From the IMG/VR virus record IMGVR_UViG_3300035703_000008, positions 62,001 through 126,000 of that record: a stretch of 64,000 bases of DNA, one strand, 5' to 3'. The notes beneath the pieces are model-generated. The model ran no database searches and was not told the DNA's origin. It worked only from the letters and a program-made list of their open reading frames with translations. Shown in pieces: positions 15,626 through 24,739 of this stretch; within the stretch, counting starts at the first letter, position 1; every line of letters begins with the position of its first letter. A program made the translations under genes and the position numbers.

Positions 15626-16717
15626 ATGTCAGTAGAACATCGCACCGTAACCGCGTTTGGTGCCCGCAAAGCCATCGTCAAAGCATTCAAAGTACAACGC
15701 CCAGTATTCCTTTGGGGACCTCCTGGTATTGGTAAAAGCGAAGTGGTAGCAGACATCGCTGAGAGCATGGGCGGTCTCATGATTGACCTACGCCTAGGCC
15801 AGATGGATCCCACCGACATACGAGGTATCCCTTTCTACAATCGCGACACTGGGCGCATGGAATGGGCTCCACCTGTGGATCTGCCTGATGCCGAAATGGC
15901 CAGTCAGTATCCCATCATCGTACTGTTCATGGACGAGATGAACTCGGCGCCACCTGCAGTACAGGCCGCTGCCTATCAGCTGGTGCTCAATCGCAGGATT
16001 GGCAAGTATGTGCTGCCTGACAATGTGGTGATGATTGCCGCAGGTAATCGCGAGAGCGACAAAGGTGTCACATATCGCATGCCAACTCCCTTGGCCAATC
16101 GCTTCATCCATGTGGAGATGCGAGCAGACTTTGCCGCTTGGCAGGAATGGGCAGTGAGAAATGGTGAGCACAAGGACGTGGTTGGTTACCTCAGCTTTGC
16201 CAAGCAAGATCTCTATGATTTTGATGCCCGTAGCATCAGCCGCAGTTTCGCCACGCCACGTTCTTGGCATTTTGTCAGTGAACTGCTCAAAGACGAGGAT
16301 CTCGATGATGTCACTGCCACCGATCTCATCGCCGGTACTGTAGGCGAGGGCTTGGCTGTCAAGTTCATGGCACATCGCAAAATCTCAGGCAAGTTACCAC
16401 AGCCCGAGGACATCCTGTCCGGCAAAGAGACCGGGCTTGAAGTCAAAGAAGTTTCAGCCATGTACAGTCTGGTGATCAGCCTCTGCTACGAGCTCCAGGA
16501 CGCCTTGCAAGTGAAAAAGGTCACTGACAAAGAGTTCCATGTCATGGCTGATAATTTCTTTGCCTACATGATGAAGAACTTTGAGACTGAGATCGTTGTC
16601 ATGGGTGCCAGGATCGCACTGACCACATACAATCTGCCGTTCCAGCCCACCAAGCTCAAGAACTTTGACGAGTTCCATCAGCGTTACGGCAAGTACATCC
16701 TCCAGGCCAATAACTAA
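15626..16717 (+). CDS. MoxR-like AAA+ ATPase
   Basis: Walker A GPPGIGKS, Walker B LFMDEMN, AAGNRESD, PLANRF, TPRSW. Confidence 0.9.
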   Translation: MSVEHRTVTAFGARKAIVKAFKVQRPVFLWGPPGIGKSEVVADIAESMGGLMIDLRLGQMDPTDIRGIPFYNRDTGRMEWAPPVDLPDAEMASQYPIIVLFMDEMNSAPPAVQAAAYQLVLNRRIGKYVLPDNVVMIAAGNRESDKGVTYRMPTPLANRFIHVEMRADFAAWQEWAVRNGEHKDVVGYLSFAKQDLYDFDARSISRSFATPRSWHFVSELLKDEDLDDVTATDLIAGTVGEGLAVKFMAHRKISGKLPQPEDILSGKETGLEVKEVSAMYSLVISLCYELQDALQVKKVTDKEFHVMADNFFAYMMKNFETEIVVMGARIALTTYNLPFQPTKLKNFDEFHQRYGKYILQANN

Positions 16718-16759
16718 GGCTCCCGGGGCGGGGTCTACTCTCACAGAGGACATAGGGCT

Positions 16760-16999
16760 ATGTCAGATCCCGCCCCATCCACCCACTCGGTAAGGTACGA
16801 GTTCGTACCTTACAGTCACGAACAAGTCCGCAATCTCCTACACGAAGTAGCCCTGGATTTTGGCCCGCCAGGCGAGCGTCGGAGATGGCAGTTCGTTACC
16901 GCCGATACCCCCGATACCCAAAGCAATCTTTGGGTTGTGGACTTCCATTTTCGTGATATTCACGATGCTATGATGTTTGCCCTTAAATATCAGCGATGA
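16760..16999 (+). CDS. hypothetical protein
   Basis: 79-aa ORF, coupled to the next gene by ATGA. Confidence 0.6.
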   Translation: MSDPAPSTHSVRYEFVPYSHEQVRNLLHEVALDFGPPGERRRWQFVTADTPDTQSNLWVVDFHFRDIHDAMMFALKYQR

Positions 17000-17922
17000 A
17001 ACGATTATTTACTTTTGGATGTAGCTTCACCAGCTATCATTGGCCGACTTGGGCCGACATATTAGGCATTTCCTACGACGTTCACGAAAATTGGGGTCGC
17101 CCTGGCGGTGGAAATCATTTTATACTTTATAGTCTCGTTGAATGTATACAACGTCGTTCCATACAAAAAACCGACGATGTAATGATCATGTGGAGCACAT
17201 TGGCTAGAGAAGATCGATATCTTAATGGTCGATGGAAATTAGAGGGTAGTATTTACAACAGTTCAATGAGCCAAGAGTATATCAAAAAATACACAGACTC
17301 TGATGGGTATTTCCTCATTAATATGTCGGTGATACACGCAGCTCGTCTCATTTTGGACTCAATTGGATGTAAATATCGTTTTATGAGTATAGTGCCGTTC
17401 GATCGGGTGCTCGACGACAGTTACCAGAACAACCATTCTGACGTTTCTGCCGATTTACACCAACGTGTACAACTCCTATATGGTCATACCATGCAACTGA
17501 TTGAGCCCAGTGTCTACGAAGTGATATTTAACAGCAACTGGCATAATCGAGACCATAATGTGGTCAAATCTGTGAGAGATCGCAAAGAAAAGAGCATAGA
17601 CCAATTCCGAAAAAAATACCAGGAATGTTCCGGTCCAGATTGGCCTAGATTTGAAAACTATTTTGACGACAAATTTGCAGGTGTTGATACAAAAATATTG
17701 TCTGAAATCGATGAACATTTTGGATTCTTGGTCTGGAAACAAGGAATCAAGCTCAGAAAAAGAGATCGGCATCCTACGCCGCTCGAACATCTAGAATACA
17801 TTGAATATCTCGGTGGATTCAACATCAGTGACCAACAGCGACAGTTTGCCAAACACTGGGAAAATTGTGTTCTCAATGAGAGTGATTTAAAATTTGAAAG
17901 ATCCGTTGTAGAAAGATTTTAA
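16996..17922 (+). CDS. SGNH-like hypothetical protein (GCSF variant)
   Basis: LFTFGCSFT, NWGRPGGGN, DRHPTPLEH. Visibly AT-rich. Confidence 0.6.
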   Translation: MKRLFTFGCSFTSYHWPTWADILGISYDVHENWGRPGGGNHFILYSLVECIQRRSIQKTDDVMIMWSTLAREDRYLNGRWKLEGSIYNSSMSQEYIKKYTDSDGYFLINMSVIHAARLILDSIGCKYRFMSIVPFDRVLDDSYQNNHSDVSADLHQRVQLLYGHTMQLIEPSVYEVIFNSNWHNRDHNVVKSVRDRKEKSIDQFRKKYQECSGPDWPRFENYFDDKFAGVDTKILSEIDEHFGFLVWKQGIKLRKRDRHPTPLEHLEYIEYLGGFNISDQQRQFAKHWENCVLNESDLKFERSVVERF

Positions 17923-17923
17923 G

Positions 17924-18298
17924 ATGAGGTATCAAATAGTCAAATTGGATAAACGATTTGCGCATCACAACCAATTTGGTTACTGTATCAAGTTTTCTAA
18001 CCGCATGGCTGTGGATCACGGTCCACTGCAATTCAATGATGCGCTGAAATGGTTCATGATGACTTATGGCTGGAGTGCCGAGATTCGCGAGTATGCCAAG
18101 ATGCGTGCCTGGACCAAATCCAGCACAACTTGGATGGGCAACTACAGCCGCAACACAGCCTTGGGCATACTGGAAGAAATGCCAGATCATTGCAATCCAC
18201 ACTGGTCATGGACCAACGGCTACGATGACCTCCGCATCTATGTGGCATCAGACCGAGAACTGGCTTTTTTCCAGCTAGCTCGCCCCGTTGACCAATAA
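17924..18298 (+). CDS. hypothetical protein
   Basis: 124-aa ORF starting 1 nt after the upstream stop. Confidence 0.65.
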   Translation: MRYQIVKLDKRFAHHNQFGYCIKFSNRMAVDHGPLQFNDALKWFMMTYGWSAEIREYAKMRAWTKSSTTWMGNYSRNTALGILEEMPDHCNPHWSWTNGYDDLRIYVASDRELAFFQLARPVDQ

Positions 18299-18316
18299 TT
18301 CACGATCACATATAAT
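18288..18316 (+). promoter_or_regulatory. early promoter 4 (vWA protein)
   Basis: TTGACC-aataattcacgatcaca(17)-TATAAT, overlapping the upstream stop codon. Confidence 0.85.
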
Positions 18317-18337
18317 AATAGAATAAAGGAGCGATCT

Positions 18338-19627
18338 ATGACCACTGCCGCTAGTACACAGAACAAAGACGAAGCCAAAAAATTTGCCAATCTCATAGGT
18401 CCCATGGACCCGAAACTGGACCGTGAGGTGCGTGAGCTTTTGGTCACTGCACGTGTGGGCATGTTATTAAGGGCCAGCTTCTTTGGCAATCTGGCCACTC
18501 GCCTGCGCCTAGTCAATGCCGATGAGTGGTGTGCCACTGCAGCCACCGATGGCAGGAATTTCTACTATAACAGTCGCTTCATCAAGATGTTGCGTCCCAA
18601 AGAGATCGAGTTCTTGTTTGGACACGAGGTCTTGCATTGCGTTTATGACCACTTTGGTCGCAGGGGTGAACGGGATCCACAGCTCTGGAACATCGCCAAT
18701 GACTATTGTGTGAACTCTGATCTTAAAAAACATCGCGTAGGTGAGTTCATCACATCAGTACCTTGTCTCTATGATGCCAAATACGATGGTATGAGCAGTG
18801 AACAGGTCTACGACCATCTCTACGAGAATGCCGAAAAGATTGACATCAATGATCTTATTGATCGCATGATTGATGACCATCTGGATCAGGAAGATGAGGA
18901 CAATGATAGTGGTACCAGTTCCAGCGACGGCAAAAAAGAAGGAGCCAGTCGTCCCAAACCCATGAGCGCCGAAGAGCGTGCTCAACTCAGGGACGAGATC
19001 AAAGAAGCCGTGCTCAGTGCCGCACAGACCTGCGATGCTGGAAATCTGCCAGCGGGTGTGAAACGCATGATCCAGGATCTCACTGATCCCAAAATGGACT
19101 GGCGCGAGCTCCTGCGCATGCAACTGGAGAGCACCATCAAGAGCGATTTCACTTGGCAACGGCCCAGCCGCAAGAGCTGGCACATGGAAGCCGTGATGCC
19201 GGGCATGCGAAACAATGACATGATTGATATCGCTGTGGCCATTGACATGTCGGGATCAATTTCAGATGTACAAGGGCGTGACTTCCTCAGCGAAGTACAA
19301 GGCATCATGTCCCAGTTTGAAAGCTATCGCATCCATGTGTTTTGCTTTGACACCGAAGTCTACAACCCACAAAAGTTTGACTCCGACAATCTCGATGACA
19401 TCGCTGACTATGAACTCAAGGGCGGCGGCGGTACTGACTTTGACGCTATCTTCAACTACCTCAAGCAAGAAGAGATTGAGCCTCGACGCTTGGTGGTATT
19501 CACAGACGGCTATCCATTTGGTTCATGGGGAGATGCCAACTACTGCGACACTGTATGGGTCATACACGGCAACCCCAATCCTGATCCTCCCTTTGGTGTA
19601 TGGGTTGAATATCAGGAAAAAGCCTGA
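18338..19627 (+). CDS. DUF2201-type metallopeptidase-like plus vWA domain protein (AAA+ partner)
   Basis: TAATDGRNFYYN, HEVLH (HExxH), MIDAS-type VAIDMSGS, GGGTDF, VFTDGY. Confidence 0.88.
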   Translation: MTTAASTQNKDEAKKFANLIGPMDPKLDREVRELLVTARVGMLLRASFFGNLATRLRLVNADEWCATAATDGRNFYYNSRFIKMLRPKEIEFLFGHEVLHCVYDHFGRRGERDPQLWNIANDYCVNSDLKKHRVGEFITSVPCLYDAKYDGMSSEQVYDHLYENAEKIDINDLIDRMIDDHLDQEDEDNDSGTSSSDGKKEGASRPKPMSAEERAQLRDEIKEAVLSAAQTCDAGNLPAGVKRMIQDLTDPKMDWRELLRMQLESTIKSDFTWQRPSRKSWHMEAVMPGMRNNDMIDIAVAIDMSGSISDVQGRDFLSEVQGIMSQFESYRIHVFCFDTEVYNPQKFDSDNLDDIADYELKGGGGTDFDAIFNYLKQEEIEPRRLVVFTDGYPFGSWGDANYCDTVWVIHGNPNPDPPFGVWVEYQEKA

Positions 19628-19652
19628 TCAATTTTGCCAGAATCATCAAAAA

Positions 19653-19679
19653 CCCCCGATGATTTCCTGACATCGGGGG
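19653..19679 (-). terminator. hairpin; intrinsic terminator with its U-tract on the minus strand
   Basis: CCCCCGATG/CATCGGGGG 9-bp stem. An A5 on its left gives a U5 tail on the minus strand. Confidence 0.5.
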
Positions 19680-19704
19680 CGACCATGCATTAAATATCAA
19701 CACT

Positions 19705-19896
19705 ATGAATCTTACCATAACAGACCTGGCTGTGCTCAAAGACATCATTGATGTGGCCAGCTCCAGGGGCGCTTTCCGTGCCTCGGAAATGAAGGCTGTG
19801 GGCGAAGCCTATGAAAAACTCACCCAGTTCCTGGACTCGGTAATCCGACAAGCCGAGCAGGATGCGCAGGAAAACAAAGGAGAATCAAATGATTAA
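19705..19896 (+). CDS. small hypothetical phage protein
   Basis: MNLTITDLAVLKDIIDVASSRGAFRASEM; TAAATA box 8 nt upstream. Confidence 0.75.
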   Translation: MNLTITDLAVLKDIIDVASSRGAFRASEMKAVGEAYEKLTQFLDSVIRQAEQDAQENKGESND

Positions 19897-20587
19897 ACAC
19901 ATCGGCAAACACGGCGATCGCAAGGTGGCCATCGTATTCCGGGAAGTGCCCGGCGAAGAACACATGGCCTTGGTGGTCTACCCCGACATCCTCCCCGTGG
20001 CCATGCATGATTCCATCATGAAAGTGATCGAATCTCCAGTGGGTCAGACCGCTGAAAATCTCGGCGATGCCTTGTTCCGCAGCCTCTTGCCTGATGGTCG
20101 TCCCATGCTGCAGACCTTGCACGTGGAAGGCATGATCAAGAAGGTTCAGGCCAAGCAGGTAGTGGTCACTCCCAACGCCACTAGCCATGTGAACCTCGAC
20201 GAAATGAATGCCATCATCCGCAAGATGAAGATGGGCGAAGACGCCATCCGTGAAATGGCCGAGCTGGACAACAATCGTGGCATGACCGGTAAAGTGCGTC
20301 CCAGAGACGAGTACGGTCGTGAGATCGGTGCTCCCATCGATCAAGTCCGTGCTGGCAGTGCCGCAGTGGCTGGCAGTGATGCTGCCTTGGCTCTCGATGA
20401 TGCTGCCTTGGCACAAAACTTCCAGGCACAGGCTCAACGCATGGCTGCTGAAGCTAGATCATTGCTGGCCGAAAGCGAGCGCCTCATGAAAGAAGCTGCG
20501 GCCATGATGGGCACTACCACAGAAGCTGCCGCTCCAGCTCGCAAAACAGGTCGAACCAAACGTGTCAAGACCGCCGATGCAGCTTGA
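19889..20587 (+). CDS. hypothetical phage protein with a coiled-coil C-terminus
   Basis: MIKHIGKHGDRKVAIVFREVPGE. AAGGAG Shine-Dalgarno supports start 19889. Confidence 0.75.
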   Translation: MIKHIGKHGDRKVAIVFREVPGEEHMALVVYPDILPVAMHDSIMKVIESPVGQTAENLGDALFRSLLPDGRPMLQTLHVEGMIKKVQAKQVVVTPNATSHVNLDEMNAIIRKMKMGEDAIREMAELDNNRGMTGKVRPRDEYGREIGAPIDQVRAGSAAVAGSDAALALDDAALAQNFQAQAQRMAAEARSLLAESERLMKEAAAMMGTTTEAAAPARKTGRTKRVKTADAA

Positions 20588-20879
20588 TCACGATTTTTTG
20601 AAAAAGTGGGAAGATATCGTCAACGATGTGGAAAAAGATCATGTCCCCATCGAGTGCGTGAAAAAGGTGGTTTTCCGTCATCGTGACCGACGTCGGAAGA
20701 CCATCAACTTCCAGGCCTTGAAAAAACAGAACCTCAATCTCGACGAGATCACTTCGGCCGTGGAGAGATACATACAGGACAATGATGACTCTATCTCTAG
20801 CATGGAGTTTGTACTAGACATCGAGGCAGTGGCCGAGATACTGCAACCCGAAACCGATAAGATACTCAAAGACATTTGA
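20577..20879 (+). CDS. hypothetical phage protein
   Basis: MQLDHDFLKKWEDIVNDVEK...; start chosen at ATG 20577 within ORF 20562-20879. Confidence 0.7.
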   Translation: MQLDHDFLKKWEDIVNDVEKDHVPIECVKKVVFRHRDRRRKTINFQALKKQNLNLDEITSAVERYIQDNDDSISSMEFVLDIEAVAEILQPETDKILKDI

Positions 20880-20924
20880 TAAAATATTAAATCATCTCAA
20901 AGACATTGCTGTGTCATAGACGCT

Positions 20925-21785
20925 ATGATTAGAAAAAATATAGTAGTATCAGGATGTAGTTACACTGAAAATTCCATTTGGCCAAGACTAATTTGGCCGG
21001 ATTCTAGGATCATAAATCTAGCCCGCAGTGGTGCTGGAAACAACTACATTGCCGATTCGATCATGTATAGACGGGATCCGGCACATTCTCATATTTTTGC
21101 AGTGGATCCACAAAATCCTCCCGATTTTGTATATGTGGTCTTCAGCGGCATTAACCGCAGCGATCTTGCTGTGCCCAATTGCGAGGATACACAAGATTTT
21201 GCAATACAACATCAATTTTTCTTTTCCATCGATGATACTATCTACTTGTTTTCTGGTGGGCATCGAGGAAAATATAATCCATCATTAATAAAAAATTACA
21301 ACAATATCAAAGACCCATCTTGGCCGGAGATCTCGGGATTTCCTGACTGGGTAAAATTGCCATTGAATATTAGGACAGAATGTCTAGAAAAAAATATTTT
21401 TTCATGTGATGTCTGGACTTTGACTCAACAAATCCAAGGCGCATGGAACATACGATATTGGCCCAACGATACATTTTTACAGACCGAAACTTATAAAGCC
21501 GTGATCAGATGCCTGGACTTTCTGACATTGCACAAGATAAAGTATGCTTTCAGTTTTTTCTATGACGTTTTCAATCCCGAATACGAAACCATGAATTCCT
21601 ACGGCTGCCTGAGTCGAGATCATCCGTTATACCACAGGATTGATTGGTCAAAAATGATCAAACCTTTTCCGTTTGATCTAGCTTTGCGCCACGATCATAT
21701 ACTCCAGGATGGCTGTCATCAGAGCCAAGATGGAGAACGACTCTACGCCCAACATATCCAGGATCAATTAAGATCCATGCTCTAG
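20925..21785 (+). CDS. SGNH-like hypothetical protein (GCSY variant)
   Basis: VVSGCSYT, NLARSGAGN, DGCHQ. AT-rich. Confidence 0.6.
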   Translation: MIRKNIVVSGCSYTENSIWPRLIWPDSRIINLARSGAGNNYIADSIMYRRDPAHSHIFAVDPQNPPDFVYVVFSGINRSDLAVPNCEDTQDFAIQHQFFFSIDDTIYLFSGGHRGKYNPSLIKNYNNIKDPSWPEISGFPDWVKLPLNIRTECLEKNIFSCDVWTLTQQIQGAWNIRYWPNDTFLQTETYKAVIRCLDFLTLHKIKYAFSFFYDVFNPEYETMNSYGCLSRDHPLYHRIDWSKMIKPFPFDLALRHDHILQDGCHQSQDGERLYAQHIQDQLRSML

Positions 21786-21793
21786 GAGGTCAA

Positions 21794-22465
21794 ATGAAAG
21801 TACAACTGGTTTCGTATTCACAACCCACTGCGGAGTTCCAGAACCAAGGCATCACAGATGCACAAGAATTAGTGGCTTTTTGTGCCAGGGTCAGCAACCC
21901 CAGCAATCAATACAACGTGGAAACGTCAGAAAAACTCATCAGATATCTTGTCAAGCATCAACACTGGAGTCCACTTGAAATGGTTTCTGTGTGCCTGGAA
22001 ATCGAGACCACCCGAGACATCGCCCGGCAGATGCTGAGACATCGCAGCTTCTCGTTCCAGGAGTTCAGCCAACGCTATGCTGACCCCACACAAGATCTCG
22101 CATTTGAGATACGCGATGCTCGACTGCAAGATCCCCAAAATCGCCAGAATTCTGTGAGCTTGGATTTTTCCAATCCCGACGATCGCGAACTGGCACATCT
22201 CTGGGCAGAAAAACAACGCGAAGTGATCGGCGCAGCCCGTTCTGTATATACCTGGGCCATAACGAATGGCATCGCTCGAGAACAAGCTCGCGCAGTGTTG
22301 CCCGAAGGCAATACCGTGAGCCGTCTTTACATGAATGGCACACTGAGATCCTGGATTCACTACATCGAGCTGAGATCGGCCAATGGTACACAGCTTGAAC
22401 ACCAAGATGTGGCCCGTGCCTGTGCCCAAGTCATCACCCAGGTGTTTCCCATGACAGGTGAATAG
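21794..22465 (+). CDS. thyX: FAD-dependent thymidylate synthase
   Basis: ARVS, HWSPLEM, ThyX motif RHRSFSFQEFSQRY, ARAVLP, TLRSWIHYIELR, EH. AGGAGG Shine-Dalgarno. Confidence 0.96.
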   Translation: MKVQLVSYSQPTAEFQNQGITDAQELVAFCARVSNPSNQYNVETSEKLIRYLVKHQHWSPLEMVSVCLEIETTRDIARQMLRHRSFSFQEFSQRYADPTQDLAFEIRDARLQDPQNRQNSVSLDFSNPDDRELAHLWAEKQREVIGAARSVYTWAITNGIAREQARAVLPEGNTVSRLYMNGTLRSWIHYIELRSANGTQLEHQDVARACAQVITQVFPMTGE

Positions 22466-22717
22466 TTGATCAAGATACAGTTCCATTCGTTTGGCATGGG
22501 CGATGTCGAGGACCCGGAGCTCTATGCTGCCCATCCCATACGGGAATGGCAGAACACCGAACATGGTCAATGGGTCATGGAACACGGTCGTGACCTCACG
22601 TTCCACACGCAGGTAGACCACAACTCCATGGGCTACCGCGTTTTCATCACAGGATATCTACAAGAAGACATCCATGCCACAGAATATTTCCTAAGATGGC
22701 CCAAGGTAAAATACTAG
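22466..22717 (+). CDS. hypothetical phage protein
   Basis: 83-aa ORF (FGMGDVEDPELYAA...GQWVMEH) between thyX and the epimerase. Confidence 0.65.
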   Translation: MIKIQFHSFGMGDVEDPELYAAHPIREWQNTEHGQWVMEHGRDLTFHTQVDHNSMGYRVFITGYLQEDIHATEYFLRWPKVKY

Positions 22718-23670
22718 TCACCGGTGGACTTGGTTTCATCGGACACAATATAGTAGCACAGCTACAGGCTCTGGGTCATGCAATGGTCATCGTCGATGCT
22801 GTGTCAGACTATGGCATCATACCAAGAGATGAGCTAGAAGGTCTGGTAAGAGAACGAGCACGTCTCATCGATCAGACTGATCTCTATCTCACTGACATCA
22901 CAGATCCCGGCCTGGATCACATCTTCCAAGACCACGACATTGCCACAGTGATCCACTTGGCCAGTTTTCCCCGACAAAAAGTGGTTAATCGAGATCCAGT
23001 GTCGGGCAGTCGCGTCATGAGTGAAGGCCTGCTCAATCTCCTGGAACTCAGTGTTGCCCATCATGTTGATCGATTCGTGTATGTAAGTTCCAGCATGGTC
23101 TATGGTGAATTCACTGATGACACCACCGAAGACCATCCATGTGCTCCACAAGGACAATACGGGATCATGAAGCTGGCTGGAGAATGGCTCACACGCGACT
23201 ACACCCAACGCCGTGGCATGTCGCATGTGATCGTGCGTCCCAGTGCTGTGTACGGAGCCAGAGACGTGGAAGATCGCGTGGTCAGCCAGTTCATGATGGC
23301 TGCACATCGCGGCGAAACTCTACGAGTGCGTGGTGCCGGCGAGTGCCTAGATTTCACTGATGTGAGAGACACTGCACGCGGTATCGTTCTCGCTGCTGTC
23401 ACCCCTGCTGCTGCCAACAACACTTACAATATCACTCGTGGACGCGGTCGTAGCTTGCAGGAAGCCGCAGAGATCGCTGTAAAAATCTCAGGATCGGGCA
23501 CTATCGATGTTCTGGATCGCGATCCTTTGTTCCCCAGTCGGGGTGCATTAAATATAGATCGAGCCCGGAGAGATCTTAGCTTTGAACCCACTATAGACAT
23601 CGAGCAAGGCTTTGAAGACTACTACCGCTGGATTACGGATCCCATTCGCAGGTCTACCTCGTCAGTATAA
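22696..23670 (+). CDS. NAD-dependent nucleotide-sugar epimerase/dehydratase (extended SDR)
   Basis: ILVTGGLGFIG, HLAS, SSSMVYG, catalytic YGIMK (YxxxK), VRPSAVYG. Confidence 0.92.
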   Translation: MAQGKILVTGGLGFIGHNIVAQLQALGHAMVIVDAVSDYGIIPRDELEGLVRERARLIDQTDLYLTDITDPGLDHIFQDHDIATVIHLASFPRQKVVNRDPVSGSRVMSEGLLNLLELSVAHHVDRFVYVSSSMVYGEFTDDTTEDHPCAPQGQYGIMKLAGEWLTRDYTQRRGMSHVIVRPSAVYGARDVEDRVVSQFMMAAHRGETLRVRGAGECLDFTDVRDTARGIVLAAVTPAAANNTYNITRGRGRSLQEAAEIAVKISGSGTIDVLDRDPLFPSRGALNIDRARRDLSFEPTIDIEQGFEDYYRWITDPIRRSTSSV

Positions 23671-24739
23671 TACCCTGAGGTCAGAGATCCTTGACATCAC
23701 TGACCAGGTGTTGAGGTCAGGTCAAGTGATGTCTGGCAACTACACTGCCGAGTTCGAGCATTGGCTGGCACGCAAGAATAGATCAAAATTCGCGATCACG
23801 TGTCATTCTGGAACACAGGCCTTGGAGATCATCGCCGAGTTTTATCGTCAGCACTGGCCCTGCGATCCAGGACACACTCCCACGGTGGTCATGCCCAGCA
23901 TTTCTTATGTGGCCACTGCCAATGCATTTGTTCGAGCTAGATGGGATATAAGATTCGCTGATGTTGATGCCCATGGCATGCTTTCACTCAAGGACGTGCC
24001 CAACGATTCTCTCACACACTGGAATGCCATCTGCTTGGTGGGCTTGTATGGCCAGAGTGTGTATCAGTATTCAGACACACAGTTTTGGAAAAGTGTGCGA
24101 TACAAAAATCAAATCGTGATCGAGGATGGCGCCCAACATTGGCTCAGTGCCGGATCTTCGCGCATAGGGCATGCCACTGCCATAAGTTTTGATCCTACCA
24201 AAAATCTCGGCAACTACGGAAACGGTGGGGCGGTAGTCACCGACGACGAGGATCTAGCTACATTTGCACGAGCTTGGTGCGCGAATGGCAAGCCATATTA
24301 TCGCCAACCGGGCACCAACAGTAGGATGAGCGAAATAGATTGTGCCCAGATGTTGGTAAAAGTCAATCACTTGGACCAATGGCAGGTCCGTCGCCGGCAT
24401 ATCACTGAATACTGGTATAGTCGGCTGGCAGGAAAACGACAGGTGCGTAGTCTTGCAGATCTATCCAACATGGATACCCACTGTTTCCATAAATTTGTGA
24501 TTGATGCTGATCACAGGAATGACCTGCAAAGACATCTAAAAGAACACGGAATAGAAACTCGTGTACACTATGACCAGGCCTTGTTTGAACATGCTGGACT
24601 GAGTCAATTCATCAACCCCGGTGTGCTAAGTTCAGCGGCTTCGTTGTGTCGTCGTGTACTGAGCTTGCCACTCTACCCCGAACTCACGGATCTAGAAGTA
24701 GACTACATCATCGACCAGGTGATAGATTTCTCTTCATAA
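23612..24739 (+). CDS. DegT/DnrJ/EryC1/StrS-family PLP-dependent sugar aminotransferase
   Basis: SGTQAL, VATANA, IEDGAQ, SFDPTKNLGNYGNGG (PLP lysine), GTNSRMSE, VLSLPLYPEL. Confidence 0.93.
   Translation: MKTTTAGLRIPFAGLPRQYNTLRSEILDITDQVLRSGQVMSGNYTAEFEHWLARKNRSKFAITCHSGTQALEIIAEFYRQHWPCDPGHTPTVVMPSISYVATANAFVRARWDIRFADVDAHGMLSLKDVPNDSLTHWNAICLVGLYGQSVYQYSDTQFWKSVRYKNQIVIEDGAQHWLSAGSSRIGHATAISFDPTKNLGNYGNGGAVVTDDEDLATFARAWCANGKPYYRQPGTNSRMSEIDCAQMLVKVNHLDQWQVRRRHITEYWYSRLAGKRQVRSLADLSNMDTHCFHKFVIDADHRNDLQRHLKEHGIETRVHYDQALFEHAGLSQFINPGVLSSAASLCRRVLSLPLYPELTDLEVDYIIDQVIDFSS

Noticed and set aside
21794-22465. Intron or intein in thyX (a frequent insertion target)
   Set aside because: The ORF is continuous and of normal length (223 aa).
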